Below, in pieces: positions 1 to 7,719 of a DNA stretch of 14,787 bases. The notes under the pieces are model-generated. The model was not told the DNA's origin. It worked only from the letters and a program-made list of their open reading frames with translations, and did not search any database. The position numbers were made by a program, and so were the translations under genes. Every line of letters begins with the position of its first letter. Position 1 is the stretch's first letter. The DNA is from Candidatus Methylomirabilia bacterium (GTDB lineage Bacteria; Methylomirabilota; Methylomirabilia; Rokubacteriales; CSP1-6): assembly GCA_041492755.1 (NCBI GenBank), contig JBGPXN010000108.1:1-14787 (forward strand), in the 5' to 3' direction.

Positions 1-474
1 CATCAGGTAGTGCGTGCCCTCGCCGCCTTGCGTCTCGCCGGCGACGCAGGCGACGACGAGATCGCCCGCGAGCCGCACGCCGGATCGGCGAATGGCCTCC
101 GCGGTCATGATGATGCTGGCCAGGCCGCCTTTCATGTTCTGGACGCCGTGGCCGTAGAGCCGGTCGCCCTCGAGGGTGGGCGTCCAGGGATCGCGCGTCC
201 AGCGCATGGTGAGTGCGTTGATGTCGGTGTGGCCGTTCAGCATGAGGCTGGCCCCGCCGCCCGTGCCGCGCAGCGTGGCGATCGTCTGGAACCGCCCGGG
301 CTCGATCTCTTGAAGCTCGACGTCGTACCCGCGCGGGCGAAAGAACTCCTCGAGGAAGAGCGCGACGGGCGTCTCCTCCGTCTTGAAGCTCGGGATGCGG
401 ATGAGCGCGCTGGCCAGGTCGATCAGCTCGCGCGGGTCGACGTGCCCGAGCACCGCCCGAGTCGGGTCATCCAT
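1..474 (-). CDS. M20 family metallo-amidohydrolase (ArgE/DapE-like), 3' part outside window
   Basis: Not in the ORF track; manual translation gives MDDPTRAVLGHVDPRELIDLASALIRIPSFKTEE...GTGGGASLMLNGHTDINALTMRWTRDPWTPTLEGDRLYGHGVQNMKGGLA...GDLVVACVAGETQGGEG. It has the NGHxD, W-x3-P and LYGxG..MKGG motifs. The ATG (472-474) overlaps the MFS stop (ATGGATGA). Confidence 0.9.
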   Translation of the reverse strand, partial: MDDPTRAVLGHVDPRELIDLASALIRIPSFKTEETPVALFLEEFFRPRGYDVELQEIEPGRFQTIATLRGTGGGASLMLNGHTDINALTMRWTRDPWTPTLEGDRLYGHGVQNMKGGLASIIMTAEAIRRSGVRLAGDLVVACVAGETQGGEGTHYLM

Positions 475-1717
475 CGGCGGTGCTGTTCGCGGGCCGGGCC
501 GCGCCGGCCGCCGGCGAATGCGCCTGGTCAGATCGGAGCTGACGGGCCGTGCGCTGCCGGGGCAGCCCGAGCGCCACGAAGATGCCGACGGCATTGCCGC
601 CAGCGGCGATCAGGACCGCTGCTCCGTAGCTCTGGGTCATGTCGAACAGACGGCCGGCGACGATCGGGAGAATGATGGCAGCGGCGCACCACGCCAGGTA
701 GATCCGGCTCGCCACGCGGCCATACAGTGCGCGTCGCCAATAGACGGCCACCGCGGCCGCCGTGACACCTGAGATCACCCCGTAGCCCAGCCCCACGAGC
801 GCCAATGCGAGGACCGAGACCCCGGGGCCGGGCCACAGCGTCAGCGCCACGTTGCCGGCGAGCGCGACAGCGTGCGCGCCGGCCACCACGGTGGGAATGG
901 TCAGCCAGTCGACCATCCACCCACCCCCCAGGCGCGCGACGGCGATCGTGCCGGCGATGAACGTCGTGCCGTAGACGGCGAGCGCGGTCGCGCCGCCGTA
1001 GGCCGTGATGATGCCGGCGGCCTGGCTGAGCACCATCAGCCCGGCGGATGCCGCCAGGAAGAAGACGAGCCACAACCGCCAGAACACGGGCCGTCGTCGC
1101 TCTCCTTCGCCCGGTGCGGCGCTCGCAGCCGCCGTCGCGAGCGTGACGCCGGAATGCGCGATCAGCCACGCGCTGATCGACCCGGTGATGGCCAGGACAC
1201 TGGCGAGCCCCCCGAGGGTGGCGCGCACGCCGAACTCGCGGACGGACCATCCGAAGAGGGGCGCGGCGATCATGGCGCCGGCCGGATACAGCGCGACGAT
1301 GTACCCGTTCACCAGGCCATGGCGTCTCGTTACCGCCAGGTTCACCGCCTGCTGCACGAGGATGTACGCCGCGCCACCACCGGCGCCGAAGAGCACACCG
1401 TACCCGAGAGCCAACTGGGCCAGCCCACCGGCCGTGGCGGCGAGCGCGATGCCCAGGGTGCTCGCGGCCGCGCAGGCCAATACCAGCATCGGGGCCGACG
1501 CGAGGCCGAAGAGGTAGGGCGCCAGGTTCATGCCGGCGCCGAATCCCGCCGCTGCCACGGCGAAGACGAGCGCGAGATCGGCGCGGCTCAGCCCCAGCAG
1601 GGTTTCCAGCGGCTTCAGGAAGACGCTGAACGCATAGAGCGAACCGAGCGGGGCATTGAGCACGGTGGCGGCCGCCACGGCGCGCCACGCGCTCGGCCTG
1701 ACGTCAGGGTCGCTCAC
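467..1717 (-). CDS. MFS transporter, OFA/monocarboxylate-like
   Basis: 416 aa with about 12 hydrophobic segments; GSLYAFSVF in TM1, LGYGVLFGAGGG, GLVNG, RLGGGWMVDWL, GRLFDMTQSY. The GTG start is uncertain. Confidence 0.85.
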   Translation of the reverse strand: MSDPDVRPSAWRAVAAATVLNAPLGSLYAFSVFLKPLETLLGLSRADLALVFAVAAAGFGAGMNLAPYLFGLASAPMLVLACAAASTLGIALAATAGGLAQLALGYGVLFGAGGGAAYILVQQAVNLAVTRRHGLVNGYIVALYPAGAMIAAPLFGWSVREFGVRATLGGLASVLAITGSISAWLIAHSGVTLATAAASAAPGEGERRRPVFWRLWLVFFLAASAGLMVLSQAAGIITAYGGATALAVYGTTFIAGTIAVARLGGGWMVDWLTIPTVVAGAHAVALAGNVALTLWPGPGVSVLALALVGLGYGVISGVTAAAVAVYWRRALYGRVASRIYLAWCAAAIILPIVAGRLFDMTQSYGAAVLIAAGGNAVGIFVALGLPRQRTARQLRSDQAHSPAAGAARPANSTADG

Positions 1718-1793
1718 GATACCCGCGAGGGCTGCACAGTCCGCAAAGGCTCGTCAGGATGCGCTGACCATCCGCGCCGGAGGCGCCGCCGCC

Positions 1794-2174
1794 TCACGCC
1801 TCGATGATGACAAGGCGGGCTCCAGCGGCATTGGCGATGCGAGAGACGTCGCCCCGATCGCTGGTCACGATCTGGGCCCGCTGGGCGATCGCCATGGTGA
1901 CGACCGTCGCGCCCACGATGTCAGCGGTGTCCGACCTGCCGAGAAGCCGCCCCACGGCGTGCGCCATCGATTCATCGAGGGCGAGGACCTCGCAGCCTCG
2001 CAGCAAGCGCCGCAACTGCGCCTGGCGGGCTGACCGGCTGACCTGAGCGACGACCGGAGCGGGGACGACCGGTACCACACCGGTCTCGAGGCGCACCCGG
2101 TGATCGGCCCACAGCTTCCGGTCGTTGCGCTCGGCCGCGATGAGCGCGCCGGTGTCGTACACCACTCCACTCAT
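1794..2174 (-). CDS. vapC: PIN-domain (VapC-like) toxin, TA module 1
   Basis: MSGVVYDTGALIAAER...VVAQV...DIVGA...IVTSD. The ATG at 2172-2174 overlaps the antitoxin stop (ATGA), so this is the likely start rather than the 2282 start in the ORF track. Confidence 0.85.
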   Translation of the reverse strand: MSGVVYDTGALIAAERNDRKLWADHRVRLETGVVPVVPAPVVAQVSRSARQAQLRRLLRGCEVLALDESMAHAVGRLLGRSDTADIVGATVVTMAIAQRAQIVTSDRGDVSRIANAAGARLVIIEA

Positions 2175-2449
2175 GCCGGACGTCGCCGGCGGACCGCGCG
2201 GCGGGGTCGACGGGAGGAGACGAGACGCTGGCGGGCGGCCTTCAGCTCGGCCTCGGTCAACGCGCCGTGCTCGGCCTCCCATTCGGCCACCGCGGTGAGT
2301 CCGTCGCGAACCTTGAGGGCGAGCCGCGCAGCATCGGTCATCCAGGCCGACACGCTGACTCCACGGCGTGCCGCCGCCGCCAGAACTTGTTCGTGGACGT
2401 CTGCAGCGATCGTGATCGCGAGCTTCGGTGATGGGTTACCCGGAGGCAC
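2171..2449 (-). CDS. Ribbon-helix-helix antitoxin, TA module 1
   Basis: KLAITI beta strand followed by helices (AAAARRGVSVSAWMTDAA) and a C-terminal EWEAEHGALTEAEL segment; directly upstream of and coupled to the PIN gene. Confidence 0.8.
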   Translation of the reverse strand: MPPGNPSPKLAITIAADVHEQVLAAAARRGVSVSAWMTDAARLALKVRDGLTAVAEWEAEHGALTEAELKAARQRLVSSRRPRRAVRRRRPA

Positions 2450-2455
2450 TCGCGA

Positions 2456-2484
2456 ACTCTACTACCGCGGTATGATACGCACAA
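2456..2484 (-). promoter_or_regulatory. Sigma70-type promoter of TA module 1 with palindromic operator; probably leaderless
   Basis: Minus strand TTGTGC (2479-2484), 17 bp, TAGAGT (2456-2461), 6 nt, then GTG. A perfect palindrome TACCGCGGTA (2463-2472) lies in the spacer. Confidence 0.6.
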
Positions 2485-2553
2485 GCGCTCCGATGCAGGC
2501 CGCCGGTCCATGACGCTCTCGCGTTGCGCGGCGTCGAGCCAGGGCAGGACCAG

Positions 2554-2581
2554 GCAGCGTTGACGCTGCAGCGTTGACGCT
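2554..2581. repeat. Exact 14-bp tandem duplication GCAGCGTTGACGCT x2
   Basis: 2554-2567 is identical to 2568-2581; each unit is nearly self-complementary (AGCGT-TG-ACGCT). Confidence 0.9.
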
Positions 2582-2602
2582 TCCCGGAGGCGCTGTTAGG
2601 CT
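2574..2602 (+). promoter_or_regulatory. Sigma70-type promoter for the VOC gene
   Basis: TTGACG (2574-2579), 17 bp, TAGGCT (2597-2602), with an extended -10 TG at 2594-2595. Confidence 0.65.
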
Positions 2603-2642
2603 CCGCCCGTTCGTGATCGACTGAAGGTGAGAGGGCCCTCAT

Positions 2643-3569
2643 ATGCTCCCTGCTCCGGGTTTCCATCATGTGCATCTGAACTCCATCGATCCCGACGCGG
2701 CGATCAATTTCTACATCCGGCGGTTCCCGACCTCCGCGAAGATGAGTTGGGGTGGCCTCCCGGCTCTCGCCGCGCCGAACAACGTCCTGGTCCTCTTCAC
2801 CAGGGTCGCCACTGCGCCGGCGACGTCGCCGCAGACCGCGATCTGGCATTTCGGCTGGCACGTCACCGACACGCACGCGAGCCTCGAATCCTACAAGAGG
2901 CGCACTGACGTCACGCTCCTGCCCCTCTACACCACGGATGAAGGCGGTTCGGTCTTCGTCAGCAGCGACACCTGGCCCAGCACGGGCCGCGTGCCCGGCT
3001 TGACGAAGGCGCAGATCGCCGACGCCCAGGCCAAGGGCGTGCAGCCGACCCGCGCCGGCGGCTTCGGGTACATGCAGGGTCCCGACAATGCCCTCGTGGA
3101 ATACGCGGGCAACCACCCGGCCGAGCGCTTCAACCACGTGCATCTCTTCCAGGACGATCCGTTCTGTGCGCAGCTCTGGTACCAGACCCACCTCAACGCG
3201 CCGGTGTTCGCCGGGCGCACCAGCAGCACGCCACTGACCGAGGCCACCTGCACGGTGCCGCGCGGACCCGATCGCAGCTGGCCGGCGCTCGATCGGGAAG
3301 GCATGTTCCGGACGCCGTCGGCCGCGGTGGTGTTCGGCGACGTGGCGTTGCTCTGGTACATGCGTCAGGGCGACCGGCCGCTCGTGAGCACGCGCGGGCA
3401 CCTGTACGATCACATCGCGCTCAGCGTCGCCGATCTCGACGCCTGGGTCGCCAAGCTGCGCGGCGAGGGCGTCAGGTTCCTCGAAGAGCCCTACAAGCTC
3501 GGAGACACGCGCGCGGTGATGATCGAGGGCCCGAGCCGCGAAGCGCTGGAGCTGGTCGAGACGCGTTGA
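2643..3569 (+). CDS. VOC/glyoxalase-family protein with two tandem modules
   Basis: Repeated motif sets FHHVHL..WHFGW..GPDNALVEY and FNHVHL..YDHIAL..GPSREALELVE, giving candidate His/His/Glu metal ligands in both halves. Confidence 0.85.
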   Translation: MLPAPGFHHVHLNSIDPDAAINFYIRRFPTSAKMSWGGLPALAAPNNVLVLFTRVATAPATSPQTAIWHFGWHVTDTHASLESYKRRTDVTLLPLYTTDEGGSVFVSSDTWPSTGRVPGLTKAQIADAQAKGVQPTRAGGFGYMQGPDNALVEYAGNHPAERFNHVHLFQDDPFCAQLWYQTHLNAPVFAGRTSSTPLTEATCTVPRGPDRSWPALDREGMFRTPSAAVVFGDVALLWYMRQGDRPLVSTRGHLYDHIALSVADLDAWVAKLRGEGVRFLEEPYKLGDTRAVMIEGPSREALELVETR

Positions 3570-3655
3570 GCGGTCGTCAGCGCGCCACCGGGGAGACACG
3601 CTCTGCTGCGAGTGGCCGGCGCGGCGCCGGAGCCGGGCGAGGAGCGTCCTAGCGC

Positions 3656-3868
3656 TCATGGTGGGAGCATGTCGCACAGCGCGGCATTCACCTGCGCGGC
3701 GGCCTCGTAGGTCGTCCAGTAGCCCGAGTCGGCGGTCGTCGGCATTCCGCGGCTCCGCGATCATCAGAAGCCGTAAGTGGATCCTGCCCCGCACGGACTC
3801 AGCCGCCGCGCCGCCAGCGCCTCGATCCGCGAGACGAACGTCGCGGGGTGCTCGGAGGTGTCACCCAT
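3656..3868 (-). pseudogene. Alpha/beta-hydrolase remnant with internal deletions
   Basis: The ATG (3866-3868) overlaps the MFS stop. N-terminus MGDTSEHPATFVSRIEALAARRLSPCGAG, then two in-frame TGAs, then DSGYWTTYEAAAQVNAALCDMLPP*, which resembles the GHWxxxE..xxNxxLxxFL C-terminus. A middle fragment HLRLLMIAEPRNADD lies in another frame. Confidence 0.6.
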
Positions 3869-5093
3869 CGAGGCTGGTCGCTCTTCCCGCGCGCCGTCGT
3901 GGCGCTGCGATCCCCGCGGCCACCGCGGAGGCCGCGATGGCCAGCGCGGCGACGACGAACGCGATCCGGTAGCTTCCGGTGACGTCGAAGAGCCAGCCTC
4001 CGAGGAACGGTCCGATGAAGCCGCCGAGACCGCCACCGCCGTGAGCCGCGCCGAGAATGACGCCGAGATGTCGGCCCGCGAAGATGTCGGCCGGGATCGC
4101 CGTCAGCAGCGCAATGCGCATGCCGAACCCGACCCCCGATGCCGCATACAGCAGGAGCAGCAGCAGGTCGTCCGGACCACCGAGCGCACCGAGAGCCCCG
4201 ATGCCGGCGATGCCGATGGCCGACCCCAGCGCGAACACCACTTCGCGGCGCCAGCGATCCGAGAGCCAGCCCCCGAGCAGATTTCCCGTGACGGTGCAGG
4301 CACCCCCGAGACCGAAGACCCACCCCAGCGTGATCGGACTGAAGCCTCGCTCGACGGCGTGAGCGACCTGGTGCGTGGTCACGATCTGGTATCCGATGAC
4401 CCCGAGCCCCCACATCGCGAACACCGCCCAAAACGGCGAGCTGCGCAGCGCCCGCGCCAGCGTCCAGTCGTGGGCGGTGGCCCCCGCGGTGGTCGCCGCG
4501 TGCCCGTCGGCGGCGGCGTCCGGCGGGTTGCGATAGCAGAGCCCGGCGAGCGGGATCGTGACCAGCGCGACCAGGGCGCCGAAGACGACGAAGGCGACGC
4601 GCCAGCCGAAGGTGACGATGAGCCAGGCGTTCAGGGGATAGAAGATGATCGCGCTGGCCGAGGCGCCGGCGCTGACGACGCCCATCGCCGCGCCGCGCGA
4701 CCGCACGTACCAGCGGTTGACGATCGTGGCCGCCGGCGTCTGGATGGCGCCGATCCCCGCAGCGCCCAGTACGCCGAACGCCAGGTAGTACTGCCAGAGC
4801 GTCGTGGAGTGAGCAGTCAGCGCGAGAGCGCCGCCAAGGACCAGGCCCCCGATCGCGACCACGAGACGGGCTCCCCAGCGGTCGGAGAGCCGGCCGGACA
4901 GCGGGGAGAACAGCAGGAGCAGCAGCCAGCTCAGCGAGTAGCCGAGCGCCGCGTCGCCGCGCCGCCACCCGAATTCGGCGAGAAGCGCCACGTAGAACAG
5001 ACCGAACGTGGATCGCACCGACCAGGCCAGCAAGTTCACCGTGGCGGACACGGCGACCACCACCCATCCGTACGAGAACCGCGGCTCGCTCAT
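3861..5093 (-). CDS. MFS transporter (OFA/MCT-like)
   Basis: YGWVVV N-terminus, motif A GRLSDRWGAR and GGWLSDRWRR, GGWLFDVTGSY. The ATG at 5093 has GAGGTG upstream; GTG at 5105 is an alternative start. Confidence 0.92.
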   Translation of the reverse strand: MSEPRFSYGWVVVAVSATVNLLAWSVRSTFGLFYVALLAEFGWRRGDAALGYSLSWLLLLLFSPLSGRLSDRWGARLVVAIGGLVLGGALALTAHSTTLWQYYLAFGVLGAAGIGAIQTPAATIVNRWYVRSRGAAMGVVSAGASASAIIFYPLNAWLIVTFGWRVAFVVFGALVALVTIPLAGLCYRNPPDAAADGHAATTAGATAHDWTLARALRSSPFWAVFAMWGLGVIGYQIVTTHQVAHAVERGFSPITLGWVFGLGGACTVTGNLLGGWLSDRWRREVVFALGSAIGIAGIGALGALGGPDDLLLLLLYAASGVGFGMRIALLTAIPADIFAGRHLGVILGAAHGGGGLGGFIGPFLGGWLFDVTGSYRIAFVVAALAIAASAVAAGIAAPRRRAGRATSLDG

Positions 5094-5127
5094 TCGCAAC
5101 GTCACCTCGCGGGATGAGCTTCGCGCA

Positions 5128-5301
5128 TCACCGGGGCCGGTCGCTTGAAGAATCTTGCGCGGCCGTCAGCGTGTGGTCGTCCGACGCCTCCTCGGCCCCG
5201 AGCGCATGAGGATGGGCGCGGCACGTGATGTCCACGACCGACAGGGAGGGCGAGCGATAGAGAGTCGTGCGCGGCGAGGGCGCCTCGCGGGGAGCCTTCA
5301 T
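5128..5301 (-). pseudogene. Truncated AraC-family regulator remnant
   Basis: MKAPREAPSPRTTLYRSPSLSVVDITCRAHPHALGAEEASDDHTL resembles, from recall, the N-terminus of an AraC subfamily. It runs into GCAAGATTCTTCAAG (RKILQ in another frame), a sequence I associate with AraC gene 3' ends. No HTH domain is present. Confidence 0.5.
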
Positions 5302-5304
5302 TCT

Positions 5305-5318
5305 CGACACGATTGTCG
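5305..5318. promoter_or_regulatory. Palindrome in the divergent AraC-remnant/amidase intergenic gap
   Basis: CGACA-CGAT-TGTCG within a 41-bp gap between divergent start codons. Confidence 0.35.
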
Positions 5319-5342
5319 GTACCGGGCTAAGGTTGGGCCGCA

Positions 5343-6563
5343 GTGGACCGCCCTGGGCTGCCCCATCTGACCAGTCCGTTCGTCGCCGGCCCGCCGCTGC
5401 GGATCGACGGCGCACGCAGCGGTCCGCTCGCCGGCGTGACCTTCGCCGCCAAGGATCTCTTCGACGTCGCCGGCCATCCGACCGGTGGCGGCAACCCGGA
5501 CTGGGCGCGGCAGCATCCGGTCCCGACCCGCCACGCCTGGGCGGTGCAGCGCTTGCTCGACGCCGGCGCGACGCTGATCGGCAAGACCGTCACCGACGAG
5601 GTGTCGCTCGGGATCCTCGGCGAGAACCCCTTCGACGGCACGCCGCTCAATCCGAAGGCGCCCGAGCGCGTGCCCGGCGGTTCGTCGTCGGGCTCGGCCT
5701 CGGCCGTCGCGCAGGGACTGTGCGACACCGCGCTCGGCACCGACACCGGCGGATCGGTGCGCGTGCCGGCGAGCTTCTGCGGCCTCTACGGCATCCGGCC
5801 GACGCACGGCCGGCTCGATCTGAGCGGCATGATGCCGCAAGCGCCCAGCTCCGACACGACGGGTTGGTTCGCGCGCGACGCCGATACCTTTGCCCGCGTC
5901 TCGGAAGTGCTGCTTGGCGAGCCGATCGATTCCGTCGGCGAACGTGAACGCGCAATCCCGGCAGGCCTGCCGACCACGCTCGTGGTGGCCGTCGACGCGT
6001 TCGGCTTCGCCGATGCCGAGACTTCCGCGGCGCTGCAGCCGATGGTGCGCAAGCTGGCGGCGCTGGTGCGCGAAGTGCGCGAGGAGCTTCTCGCGCCGCC
6101 CGGGCTGTCGGTCTGGGCGCGCGCGCAGCAGACCTTGCAACGCTACGAGGCCTGGCTCACCTTCCGGGACTGGATCGATCGCCACAATCCGCGCATGGCC
6201 TTCAGCGTTGCCCGCAACCTGACCGTCTCCAGCACGGTCTCCGAAAGCGACCGGCAATGGGCGGCGTTGATGCGTGCCGAGGCGCGCGCCCGCCTCGCGT
6301 GGCTGCTCCCGCCCGGGACCATCCTGTGCCTGCCGACGACACCGTTTCCGGCACCGCGGAAGGGACTGTCGCTCGCGACGCTCGATCCGTTGCGCGCGCG
6401 CATCGGCTGCCTGACCGCGCATGGCGGCCTGACCGGTGTGCCGCAGGTGAATCTCCCCGGCGCCAGCGCGGACGGGTTGCCGGTCGGCCTCTCCATTCTC
6501 GGCGCTCATGGCAGCGACGCGGCGCTGGTGGCGGTGGCAAAGGCGATGGGGGCCAGCCCATGA
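5343..6563 (+). CDS. Amidase-signature family amidase (short type)
   Basis: AAKDLFDV (catalytic Lys), PGGSSSGSA (cis-Ser) and GTDTGGSVRVPASFCG (Ser nucleophile), plus GLPVGLS. Confidence 0.95.
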   Translation: MDRPGLPHLTSPFVAGPPLRIDGARSGPLAGVTFAAKDLFDVAGHPTGGGNPDWARQHPVPTRHAWAVQRLLDAGATLIGKTVTDEVSLGILGENPFDGTPLNPKAPERVPGGSSSGSASAVAQGLCDTALGTDTGGSVRVPASFCGLYGIRPTHGRLDLSGMMPQAPSSDTTGWFARDADTFARVSEVLLGEPIDSVGERERAIPAGLPTTLVVAVDAFGFADAETSAALQPMVRKLAALVREVREELLAPPGLSVWARAQQTLQRYEAWLTFRDWIDRHNPRMAFSVARNLTVSSTVSESDRQWAALMRAEARARLAWLLPPGTILCLPTTPFPAPRKGLSLATLDPLRARIGCLTAHGGLTGVPQVNLPGASADGLPVGLSILGAHGSDAALVAVAKAMGASP

Positions 6564-6964
6564 ACGATATGACTCCCAACGTGCCCGAGGTCGTGGCTGA
6601 AGTGCGCGAGCTGTTCGAGCGCTACGAAAAAGCGCTGATCGACAAGAACGTCGAGGTGCTCGACGCCACCTTCTGGAACAGCCCGCACACCATCCGTTTT
6701 GCGCTCAACGAGAACAGCTACGGCTTCGGCGAGATCCACGCGCACCGGGTCGCGCGCCCGCCCGGGCCGGGGATCAAGGAAAAGCGCATCCGTCTCGAGA
6801 TCCTGACGCTCGGCCGCGACTTCGCCACCGTGAATCTCGAATTCAAGGTGCGCGGCCGCGAGCTGGTCGGCCGTCAGAGCCAGACGTGGGTGCGCTTCCC
6901 CGACCTCGGGTGGAAGGTGGTCGCCGCGCACGTCTCCACCATGAACGACGCGCCGCTCTGGTGA
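6560..6964 (+). CDS. AtzH/HpxZ-like protein (DUF3225, NTF2-like fold)
   Basis: PEVVAEV..FERYEKAL..FWNSPHTIRF..EN.YG...GRDFAT..EF...GRQSQTWVR...GWKVVAAHVS. The start overlaps the amidase stop (ATGA at 6560-6563). Confidence 0.9.
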   Translation: MNDMTPNVPEVVAEVRELFERYEKALIDKNVEVLDATFWNSPHTIRFALNENSYGFGEIHAHRVARPPGPGIKEKRIRLEILTLGRDFATVNLEFKVRGRELVGRQSQTWVRFPDLGWKVVAAHVSTMNDAPLW

Positions 6965-7063
6965 GCGGAAGAACCAGGCGACACATCCTCTGGCCCAACG
7001 GTCTTGCGTGGCCAGGTCCTGCCTCATACATTTCTTCCATATCGTATAACTCAGGAGGTCGCG

Positions 7064-7297
7064 ATGCCGGTCACCGTCTCCGAGAAGGGCTGGGTTGTCA
7101 TTCCGGCGGATCTTCGGAAGAAGTACAACCTGCACCCGGGCGCCGAGGTCTCCGTCGTCGACTACGGGGGCGTCCTTGCCCTCGTCCCGGCGCTGCCGAA
7201 ACCGGTCCGGCAGGCCGCAGGCATGTTGAAGGGACGGACGTCTCTTACCCGCGCCCTGCTCACCGAGCACCGGAGAGCGCGCTCGCGTGGCCGGTAG
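7064..7297 (+). CDS. AbrB/MazE/SpoVT-family antitoxin, TA module 2
   Basis: VTVSEKGWVVIPADLRKKYNLHPG AbrB signature; AGGAGG RBS at 7053-7058; AT-rich upstream patch with TATAAC at 7045-7050. Confidence 0.92.
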   Translation: MPVTVSEKGWVVIPADLRKKYNLHPGAEVSVVDYGGVLALVPALPKPVRQAAGMLKGRTSLTRALLTEHRRARSRGR

Positions 7298-7719
7298 TCC
7301 CGCGGCCTACGTTCTCGACAGCTTCGCGCTCCTGGCCTATCTCGAGGGTGAGCCGGGAATGCCACGCGTTCGATCGGTGCTCGAGGGCGCCGCGGCGCAA
7401 CGCCACACCGTATACCTGTCGCTGATCAACCTCGGCGAGGCGCTCTACATCACGGAGCGCGAGCGGGGTCTCGTCGAGGCCCGTCGTACGCTGGGGGGCG
7501 GTCGACCAGCTCCCTCTGGAAATCGTGGACGTTTCACGGTCGACGGTGCTTGCGGCGGCTCATATCAAGGCCCGCTTCCCGATCTCGTACGCCGACGCCT
7601 TCGCCGTTGTTGCCGCTCAGGACCACGGCGGTGTCGTCATGACAGGCGATCCCGAGTTCCGGCCGCTCGCCGACGCCCGGCTCGTCGCTGTCGAGTGGCT
7701 GCCTCGACGGCGTCGCTGA
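7287..7719 (+). pseudogene. vapC: PIN-domain (VapC-like) toxin split by a 1-nt insertion in a G6 run
   Basis: YVLDSFALLAYL..NLGE is in one frame and ISYADAF..TGDPEF in the next. Removing one G from 7493-7498 restores ...RRTLGAVDQLPLEIVDV... It may be a sequencing error. Confidence 0.85.
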
